From an uncultured Eubacteriales bacterium (GTDB taxonomy: Bacteria > Bacillota > Clostridia > TANB77 > SIG350), in the NCBI GenBank assembly GCA_964520895.1, contig CAZFOR010000003.1, forward strand, positions 21,823 to 53,822: 32,000 nucleotides of DNA. Reading direction: 5' to 3'. How positions within the stretch are numbered: the stretch's first letter is position 1; each line of letters opens with the position of its first letter. A program made the translations under genes and the position numbers. Below the pieces are notes generated by a model that was given only the letters and a program-made list of their open reading frames with translations, made no database searches and was not told the origin of the DNA. Of this stretch, positions 25,056-32,000 are shown piece by piece.

Positions 25056-27443
25056 TTAATTAAATTCTTTACTATTTTGAGCATATTTCTTTAATTTCTC
25101 ATATACTAAATAATTAACTGTTCCAGAAGGATAATTACCATTTTTATCTTTTTTACCTGCTGCAACACCTGTTAATACTTCAATACCTTCTTCAATAGTT
25201 TTAATTGCATATATATGAAAATGTCCATTTTTAACAGCCTCAATAACATCATCATTTAAATTTAGATTTTTAATGTTTTGATATGGAATCATAACACCTT
25301 GTCCATCAGTTAATCCTTTTGTTTTGCATAAGTTATAAAATCCTTCGATTTTTTCTGTAACACCACCGATGGGTTGAATTTCTCCCTTTTGGTTAATTGA
25401 ACCAGTAACGGCAATAGATTGGTTTATAGGTATTTCCGCTAAACTAGATAAAATTGCATATAACTCAGTACTAGATGCACTATCACCATCAATTCCACTA
25501 TATACCTGTTCAAAACAAACACTAGCATTTAATGATAAAGGAAGTTCTTGTGCAAATTTCTCTCCTAAATATGCAGATATTATCATAACACCTTTTGAGT
25601 GAGATGTACCACTTAACATTACTTCTCTTTCAACATTAACAACACCATTTTTACCTATATAAGTATTTGCAGTAATTTTAGAAGGTTTACCAAAATTAAA
25701 ATCACCAACTGTAAGTACAGATAAACCATTAATTTGACCTACTTTATATCCTTCTGTATCAATTAAAATAGTATCATTAAGCATCATTTCTTGTATTCTA
25801 TAATCATATTTACTAACACGAATTAATCTTTCATCAATAGCTTTTTTAACATAATCAGTTGAAACAGTTTTCTTTTTATCCATTTTAGCCCATGTTGCAG
25901 CTTCACTTATAACTTGAAGTAATTCATTTAGCTGAGTAGATAATTTATTTTGATTATCTACAAGTCTTGAAGAATATTCGATAATTTTTGCAACTGCTGC
26001 TGGGGTAAAATGAGGTAAATTTTCTCTTGTACAAAACTCTGATATAAACTGTACAGTTCTAGAAACATTTTGCTCATTTTTTGGAGCTTCTTCTTCAAAC
26101 TCAACTTTAACCCTAAATAATTTTCTAAAATCTTCATCTAATGCTAATAACTGATGATAAATATCAGCAGTTCCTAACATTAATATTTTCATTTGTAAAG
26201 GAATAGTTTCAGGTTTCAAACCAATTATAGTTGCACTTGAATTATTATTGCTATTTGAAACATCTATAAATATTTGTTTAGTTCTAATCATTCTTTTAAA
26301 AGTATCCCATATCTGAACAGATGATAAAAGATCCCTAGCTTGTACTATAAAATAACCACCATTTGCTTTATGAATATTACCAGGTTTAATCATCCTATAA
26401 TCTGTTTTTAGATTACCAAAGAAATTTTCATATTCTAATTTACCAAAAATATTATAAAATGTTGGATTAGAATCTGATATAACAGGGGCACCTTCTAAAC
26501 CACTATTATCAACAAACAAATTAACTTCATATTTTTCCCAAGGTTTCATTATTTCTATTTTAGGTTGTTGATTTTGCTCAGGATTAGGTTTTGGTTCTAA
26601 AAAGTTATCTATATTAGTTAAAATATCAGTTCTAATATTATCTAAATGTGATAATATTTTTTTATACTTTTTATATTTGTTTTTTAAATCATTTATGTGA
26701 AGACTAATAGTAAGTAGGGCAATATTGCTTTCCCAAGCAGAAACTCTTTTTTTAGAAGACTGTTCAATATCTTTAATATCCTTAATAACTTCTAATGTTT
26801 TTTGTTCAAGTAATTTTGATTTTTCTTCGAATTTATTTTGAGTTGCTTTTGGTAAGGCATTAAATTCTTCTTCACTTAAAGTTTTACCTTTATATATTGG
26901 TAAGAAATATAACCCATTTGAAGAGTTCTTTACTTCAAAACCATTTGCATTTGCACTTGCATTTAAATCTTGTAATAATACATTTTTTTTATTTTCATAT
27001 TCTTGTTCAATTAATGCTTTTTCTTTTTCATAATCTTCATTATTAAATGTTTGATTTATTTCTTTTTTTATAGATTTAATAAAATCTTCCATTTCCTGTT
27101 TAAATATTTTACCCATACCATGTGGAAGAGATACTGCAATAGGTTCATTTGGGTTTGCAAAATTGTACAAATAACACCAGTCATCAGGTATATCTTTGCT
27201 TTTTGCAATTTCATTTACATAGTTTACACAGTATGATGTTTTTCCTATACCACTTGGGCCTTCAACAAAAAGGTTATATCCAGATGTATTGATGTTAAGA
27301 CCAAACTCTAAAGCTTTAATACCTCTTTCTTGTCCAATTACACCATCCATTTTACCTACTTCTTTTGTAGTTTTGAATTTTAGTAAATCAGGTGAATATT
27401 CCTTTTTTAACATAGTATATTTTAATTCCTTGTTTCTTATCAT
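25056..27443 (-). CDS. Lon-like ATP-dependent protease (COG1067/LonB-like; AAA+ with insertion plus S16 protease domain)
   Basis: Walker A is EGPSGIGKTS. A long coiled insertion follows. The C-terminal part reads GIDGDSASSTELYAILSSLAEIPINQSIAVTGSINQKGEIQPIGGVTEKIEGFY, which carries the catalytic Ser/Lys pattern. 795 aa. Confidence 0.9.
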   Translation of the reverse strand: MIRNKELKYTMLKKEYSPDLLKFKTTKEVGKMDGVIGQERGIKALEFGLNINTSGYNLFVEGPSGIGKTSYCVNYVNEIAKSKDIPDDWCYLYNFANPNEPIAVSLPHGMGKIFKQEMEDFIKSIKKEINQTFNNEDYEKEKALIEQEYENKKNVLLQDLNASANANGFEVKNSSNGLYFLPIYKGKTLSEEEFNALPKATQNKFEEKSKLLEQKTLEVIKDIKDIEQSSKKRVSAWESNIALLTISLHINDLKNKYKKYKKILSHLDNIRTDILTNIDNFLEPKPNPEQNQQPKIEIMKPWEKYEVNLFVDNSGLEGAPVISDSNPTFYNIFGKLEYENFFGNLKTDYRMIKPGNIHKANGGYFIVQARDLLSSVQIWDTFKRMIRTKQIFIDVSNSNNNSSATIIGLKPETIPLQMKILMLGTADIYHQLLALDEDFRKLFRVKVEFEEEAPKNEQNVSRTVQFISEFCTRENLPHFTPAAVAKIIEYSSRLVDNQNKLSTQLNELLQVISEAATWAKMDKKKTVSTDYVKKAIDERLIRVSKYDYRIQEMMLNDTILIDTEGYKVGQINGLSVLTVGDFNFGKPSKITANTYIGKNGVVNVEREVMLSGTSHSKGVMIISAYLGEKFAQELPLSLNASVCFEQVYSGIDGDSASSTELYAILSSLAEIPINQSIAVTGSINQKGEIQPIGGVTEKIEGFYNLCKTKGLTDGQGVMIPYQNIKNLNLNDDVIEAVKNGHFHIYAIKTIEEGIEVLTGVAAGKKDKNGNYPSGTVNYLVYEKLKKYAQNSKEFN

Positions 27444-27455
27444 ATATATTTCCTC

Positions 27456-27935
27456 CTATAAATTTTTAGACATAATATATGCATCTTCTTTTGTGCCAGT
27501 TACTTGATTTAAGTAATAATCTTTTCGTGTATGTATTATATTAAAACCTAAATTCTGATATAATTTTATTGCAAATTTATTATTAATATTTACTTCTAAA
27601 TTAGCTGTTTTACAATTATTAGTGTTTGCATAATTTAAAGTAAAATTTAATAAATTAGAACCAATTTTCATATTTCTATAATTAACATTTACTGCTATAT
27701 TTAATATTTCCATTTCATCTAAAACGATTTTTATACAAATAAAGCCAGTAATTATATTATTAACAATATCTTTAGATATAATCAAAATATTATTTTCATT
27801 TAATATTTGATTATTAAATATTTCACTATTCCAAGTACATGTAAATATATTTTCTAAATTATCAGAAATGAATTTAACATCAATATTATCTTTACTAACA
27901 TTTTTATCTAATATATTAATATCAGTTTTAATCAT
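27456..27935 (-). CDS. rimI: GNAT acetyltransferase, ribosomal-protein-alanine N-acetyltransferase-like
   Basis: EILNIAVNVNYRNMKIGSNLL...LEVNINNKFAIKLYQNLGF...RKDYY...DAYIM. Its position directly after tsaB (8-nt overlap) is the conserved tsaE-tsaB-rimI arrangement. Confidence 0.75.
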   Translation of the reverse strand: MIKTDINILDKNVSKDNIDVKFISDNLENIFTCTWNSEIFNNQILNENNILIISKDIVNNIITGFICIKIVLDEMEILNIAVNVNYRNMKIGSNLLNFTLNYANTNNCKTANLEVNINNKFAIKLYQNLGFNIIHTRKDYYLNQVTGTKEDAYIMSKNL

Positions 27936-28611
27936 TTTTACACAATCTTTCAGCAGATGATGATTTTAAATACATAGGTGACAATGAATATATATCATCT
28001 ATTTCATTTTTTAAATACTTTTCATATCCTAAGATTGCAATGTTTTTAGCTGATAGATACGAGTCTTGTATACATGTAACCTTTTGTATATCTAAGTTTT
28101 TGCATATTAAGTCATTATGTAGTATTGCACCATTTCCAATAAAATATATTGGTTTTGTTTGATTTTTGCAAACAGATATTAATTCCTCAATATTAAAACT
28201 ACAATAATCTAAAACTAAATTATATTTATTATCAAATATACAAGTATATATATTATCATTTTTTGCATCAATCATTGGACAAATTAAACTATCTGTAAAA
28301 GATATATTTTTAGCTAGATTAATTAAAGTAGATATACCTATTATAGGTTTGTTATTTGCTTGTGCCATTGATTTTAAAACAGACATACCAATTCTAATAC
28401 CTGTAAAAGAACCAGGACCAATACCTGTGACAAATAAATCTATATCTTTAATATCTATTTCTAAGTTTTTTAGTAATTCATCAATCATTGGGACTATTTT
28501 AGGAGAATGTGTACGAAGATTTTTTATAGTATATTCACCAAGTAAAGTAGTATCTTCATTTACACATATTGATAATATATCTGTACATGAATCAACAGCT
28601 AGTATTTTCAT
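27928..28611 (-). CDS. tsaB: tRNA t6A37 threonylcarbamoyltransferase complex dimerization subunit TsaB
   Basis: MKILAVDSCTD...GIGPGSFTGIRIGMSVLKSMA is typical of TsaB (YeaZ). It overlaps tsaE by 20 nt. Confidence 0.85.
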   Translation of the reverse strand: MKILAVDSCTDILSICVNEDTTLLGEYTIKNLRTHSPKIVPMIDELLKNLEIDIKDIDLFVTGIGPGSFTGIRIGMSVLKSMAQANNKPIIGISTLINLAKNISFTDSLICPMIDAKNDNIYTCIFDNKYNLVLDYCSFNIEELISVCKNQTKPIYFIGNGAILHNDLICKNLDIQKVTCIQDSYLSAKNIAILGYEKYLKNEIDDIYSLSPMYLKSSSAERLCKND

Positions 28612-29071
28612 CTATATATGCCTCCTTTATGTAGTTTTCGTATTTTTGTCCATATGGTATGAACTCTAAACATCTAGTGTTTTCATCAATCATTTCAAAT
28701 TTTATTTGTAAAAATTCTTTTGGCAAAACATCACTAATTCTTTCTCCCCATTCTATAATACAAATACCATTTTGAAAATATTCTTCACCACCAATATTTA
28801 TAAATTCATCAGTGTTTTCTAATCTATAAACATCAAAGTGATAAATAATTGGATTAGAAGAATATTCATTTACTATTGTAAAAGTTGGACTAGATACTTC
28901 GTCTATTTGAATAAAATGTTTTAATATACCTTTTGTAAAATATGTTTTACCAGTACCTAAGTTTCCTGTAAGTACTATTATATCACTACATTTTAAATGC
29001 TTAGCTAATTTTTGTGCTATATTCATTGTATCATCAATATTTTTTGATATTATTTTATGCAATTCAATCAC
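28592..29071 (-). CDS. tsaE: tRNA t6A37 threonylcarbamoyltransferase complex ATPase subunit TsaE
   Basis: LTGNLGTGKTYFTKGI (P-loop), SPTFTIVNEY, HFDVYRL and IEWGE motifs. 159 aa. Confidence 0.85.
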   Translation of the reverse strand: MIELHKIISKNIDDTMNIAQKLAKHLKCSDIIVLTGNLGTGKTYFTKGILKHFIQIDEVSSPTFTIVNEYSSNPIIYHFDVYRLENTDEFINIGGEEYFQNGICIIEWGERISDVLPKEFLQIKFEMIDENTRCLEFIPYGQKYENYIKEAYIDENTSC

Positions 29072-29158
29072 CCTTAATTTCTTTGTTTATTTTCACTCTT
29101 ATTTTATTATACATATTGAAAAAAGTAAACAAAAAAGTAAAAAAATAACAGAAAATAG

Positions 29159-29186
29159 TTGAAAAAAAATAAATATATAGTATAAT
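29159..29186 (+). promoter_or_regulatory. Sigma-A promoter for the 29.2-30.9 kb plus-strand unit
   Basis: TTGAAA-16 nt-TATAAT, in the divergent intergenic region opposite tsaE. Confidence 0.5.
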
Positions 29187-29246
29187 AAAAATGAATAGTA
29201 CTTTGTTGAAAGGAGGAATCATGGATAATATCTATGATAATCGAAT

Positions 29247-29426
29247 ATGGAATTTAATTATGATGATACTATTAAAGAGCTAAGAGAATTTAGTAATTTA
29301 AATTTAGAAAATATGACGGATTTAGAAATAGGATTAAAAGAAGCGGACACAGAAGATTTAATAAGGTTATATAAAGCATTAGAAGAAACAAGGCAACATT
29401 TATTAAAGGTTCAAAGTATGTTATAA
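29247..29426 (+). CDS. Possible 59-aa helical protein (uncertain start, possibly part of a frameshifted gene beginning at 29221)
   Basis: ORF MEFNYDDTIKELREFSNLNLENMTDLEIGLKEADTEDLIRLYKALEETRQHLLKVQSML. It has no good RBS of its own. The strong RBS AAAGGAGG at 29208-29215 serves a 20-codon ORF (29221-29283) in another frame. Confidence 0.3.
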   Translation: MEFNYDDTIKELREFSNLNLENMTDLEIGLKEADTEDLIRLYKALEETRQHLLKVQSML

Positions 29427-29456
29427 AAAATAAAATATAATTTAGGAGGTAATATA

Positions 29457-30953
29457 ATGGGAATATCAAAAGAACAAATAGAATTATGGATTACAAGACT
29501 AGACAAGTTGAATAACACATTAGATGAATTGGAAAATGATTTATCATTTGCAGGAGATGATAATATAAGTGCGGAAGAATATGATAATATAAATAAAGAA
29601 ATTGATAAAACAATAAATGAAATTACAGTAATACAATCAAGGATTGAAAAAGAAATTGTATCTAGAACATTAACAGATGAAAAGGCAAAAGATTTTGTTG
29701 AAGCTGAAAAACTTGATACAAAAAATAAAATTGATAATGAGAAATCAGAAGTTGCTGAATTAGAAGAAATAGAAGAAAAAATTAATGAAAATGAGAATAT
29801 GCAACTTATTAATAATTTAATAAATGAAAAATTCGAAATAGAAAATGATAATAAAGAATTAGAGATAGAAAAAGATGCATTAGAAGCAAATATGGAATCA
29901 ATTGAACATGAATTAGAAGATTTAAAAGATAAATTAAATGATCCAACAATTAGTAGAGATGAAAGAACACAAACATTAGACAGAATGAAACAGGTTTCTA
30001 AAGAAAAGAATATTACAAATAATAAACTTACAAGTGTAAAAAGCAAAATAGAAGAAAACAATGAAAACATTAAAGAAATTGACAATGAATTAGGAGAGTA
30101 TGGTGTTCCTAATTCATTTGAAGCGGAAATAGAATCTTTTTATGGAACAGGAAGTACATATAGTAATGATGAAAAGTTAATCGCAATTATGGGTATAAAT
30201 ACTGATGCTATAAATAAAAATAAAAACGATATAAGGAAACAAGCAAAAGATAAATTAGGAATGAAAGCAAGATTTATAAAAGATGATGAAATAAAATCAG
30301 TATTAGAGCAAAAACTAGCACAAAAAAGAGATGAAATAACTAGATTAGAAGAAAGAGGAGTGGGATTTAATGAGGTTGACTTAATAAGAAAAGTGAAATC
30401 TGATTTAGAATCAACTAATCCAAGTTTAACACAACCACAAACATTAGAAGACATTGTTAACAAAGTTGTTTATGAAAGAACAACAGTACCTGCACCAAGT
30501 GATAGAACATCTGGAGGAGGTACAGGAACAAGAAGTGGTTCTAATCTTCCAGTACCAGTTACTGAAAAAGGAAAGAAAAAAGTTGGATTCTTTAAAAATC
30601 TATATGAAACAATGATATCATCAGAATTTAAAGAAAAAAGAATTGATATAGCAGAGAAAATGTATCCTGAATTAGACGAAAAGCAGATAAAAAAATATAT
30701 AAGTGAACATACTGATGTACTAAATAATATGATAAGAAATGATGTTTCACCATTAGATATTGAGGAGGCAAAAATAATACAAAAAGCTCAAAGAGAAGAA
30801 CAAAAGAACAAAAATAGAAATAATGATTTTATTACAAAATTAAAAGAAACCGTAAAAACTGGCGGAGATATAGAAATGTTTAAAAATAATCAATTAGATG
30901 AAAAAGTAAAAAAAGCTAAAGAGGATTTGAAAAGCAGAGATGATGATAGATAA
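29457..30953 (+). CDS. Glu/Lys/Asn-rich coiled-coil protein (498 aa), function unknown
   Basis: RBS AGGAGG. About 300 aa show heptad-like E/K/N/I composition. A Gly/Ser/Thr/Pro linker (TSGGGTGTRSGSNLPVPV) and a basic C-terminal region follow. No enzymatic motif. Confidence 0.75.
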   Translation: MGISKEQIELWITRLDKLNNTLDELENDLSFAGDDNISAEEYDNINKEIDKTINEITVIQSRIEKEIVSRTLTDEKAKDFVEAEKLDTKNKIDNEKSEVAELEEIEEKINENENMQLINNLINEKFEIENDNKELEIEKDALEANMESIEHELEDLKDKLNDPTISRDERTQTLDRMKQVSKEKNITNNKLTSVKSKIEENNENIKEIDNELGEYGVPNSFEAEIESFYGTGSTYSNDEKLIAIMGINTDAINKNKNDIRKQAKDKLGMKARFIKDDEIKSVLEQKLAQKRDEITRLEERGVGFNEVDLIRKVKSDLESTNPSLTQPQTLEDIVNKVVYERTTVPAPSDRTSGGGTGTRSGSNLPVPVTEKGKKKVGFFKNLYETMISSEFKEKRIDIAEKMYPELDEKQIKKYISEHTDVLNNMIRNDVSPLDIEEAKIIQKAQREEQKNKNRNNDFITKLKETVKTGGDIEMFKNNQLDEKVKKAKEDLKSRDDDR

Positions 30954-31016
30954 AACAAAATTATTAATTTAGCGATAAATTTATTTAAAATATTGAAAAA
31001 AATAAATATTAAAGAT

Positions 31017-31061
31017 ATAATCTCTATATTAGTAAATATATTAATATAGAGATTATTTTTA
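31017..31061 (+). terminator. Terminator after the coiled-coil gene
   Basis: Perfect 15-bp stem ATAATCTCTATATTA / TAATATAGAGATTAT followed by TTTTT. Confidence 0.7.
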
Positions 31062-31087
31062 TATATTAATATATGAAAGGGGAATAT

Positions 31088-32000
31088 ATGGAGGAAAATA
31101 AACAAACCGTAAAAAAACAAACATTTATGATGAGTGTACTTACAATACTTACAGCTCAAATATTAATAAAAGCATTAGGGTTTATATATAGATTTGTAAT
31201 AACTAACATACCAGGATTTGGTGATGCTGGTAATGGATATTATGGAGCGGGTTTTCAAATATATATGTTATTATTAGCTGTATCATCAATGGGTATACCT
31301 GGTGCAATAGCTAAAATTGTATCAGAGAGAATAGCCTTAAATGATTATAAAGGTGCACATAAAGTATTTAAAACAGCATTAACTATATTTGCAATGATAG
31401 GAAGTTTTGGAGTAGTATTATTAATATGTAGTGCAAAATGGCTTGCATATGTTGTATTAGATAATCCGGGTGTTGAATATGTGCTTATAGCATTAGCACC
31501 ATCTGTGTTTTTTGTATGTATTTCAGCAGTTATTAGAGGATATTTTAATGGAATGCAAAATATGAGAGCAACAGCTAATTCCCAAACATTAGAACAAATA
31601 TTTAATTGTATTCTTACAATTACAATTGTATATATTTTATCAGGTGGAGGTAATGCTCTTGTTATGGCAACAGGCTCTAGTATAGCTACAACACTTGGAA
31701 CAATGCTTAGTTTTTCATATTTGTTATTTTTCTATAATAAAAAGAAAAAAGAAATTTGGAAGAATATTAGAGAAAAACATACAGCAGATAAAAGCATAAA
31801 GGATTTAAGAATAAGAAAAATTGCTAAAACTATACTTGCAATATCAATACCTATTTCTATGAGTTCAATAATTAGTGCAATTAATAGAACAGTTGATGCA
31901 ACAACAGTATTAAGAGGAATTAAAGCATCAATGGGGTATACAGATGAAATAGCAAATTATTGGTATGGTATATTATCTGGTAAAGTTGATATGTTAACAA
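31088..32000 (+). CDS. MOP-family flippase, stage V sporulation protein B-like (3' end outside the window)
   Basis: RBS AAAGGGGA. LGFIYRFVITNIPGFGDAGNGYYGAGFQIYMLLLAVSSMGIPGAIAKIVSER matches the SpoVB/polysaccharide-biosynthesis-protein N-terminus. It has multiple TM helices and stays open to the window edge. Confidence 0.8.
   Translation, partial: MEENKQTVKKQTFMMSVLTILTAQILIKALGFIYRFVITNIPGFGDAGNGYYGAGFQIYMLLLAVSSMGIPGAIAKIVSERIALNDYKGAHKVFKTALTIFAMIGSFGVVLLICSAKWLAYVVLDNPGVEYVLIALAPSVFFVCISAVIRGYFNGMQNMRATANSQTLEQIFNCILTITIVYILSGGGNALVMATGSSIATTLGTMLSFSYLLFFYNKKKKEIWKNIREKHTADKSIKDLRIRKIAKTILAISIPISMSSIISAINRTVDATTVLRGIKASMGYTDEIANYWYGILSGKVDMLT

Noticed and set aside
29411-30463. Minus-strand ORFs (224 aa and 107 aa) rich in Ser/Leu/Phe, opposite the coiled-coil gene.
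   Set aside because: These are low-complexity mirror images of a GAA/AAA/AAT-rich coding strand. They have no start context, and the plus-strand gene has an RBS and a terminator.

Overview
This is a very AT-rich chromosomal segment: my spot counts give about 18-20% GC in typical genes. The gene content looks Firmicutes/Clostridia-like: a spoVB-like flippase, an SLH-domain wall protein, tsaE-tsaB-rimI, recF and the 3' end of leuS. I had no homology search, so all product calls come from motifs read in the translations.

Housekeeping blocks flank an accessory mosaic around a minus-strand tRNA-Lys/Glu/Thr operon (8790-9028). The mosaic has three parts:
1. A GC-richer two-gene RiPP-like cassette (5085-6427). 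It encodes an anSME-like radical SAM/SPASM enzyme and a 67-aa precursor with a Gly/Cys-repeat core. It has its own consensus promoter and sits where the 3' part of an ABC ATPase gene should be.
2. A 2-kb islet with no integrase (6693-8739), bracketed by 95/96-nt direct repeats made of the tRNA-Thr 3' half plus its terminator. It carries an 11-bp tandem array, a gene fragment and an overlapping pair of a zinc-ribbon protein and a small membrane protein.
3. A single-module C-A-T-R NRPS (9259-13524) with a glycine-like specificity code, tightly followed by an orphan multi-TM histidine kinase.

The window also holds two paralogous AAA+/PD-(D/E)xK (DUF4143-type) ATPases, one of them decayed. Three genes are frameshifted: the decayed ATPase, a response regulator-HD-GYP gene, and a KilA-N gene next to tRNA-Arg. 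There is also an HtpX/M48 homologue without its HEXXH motif, and a Lon-like protease co-oriented with tsaEB-rimI. The best candidate for an undescribed system is the rSAM plus Gly/Cys-peptide cassette, followed by the islet two-gene module and the Gly-type reductive NRPS.
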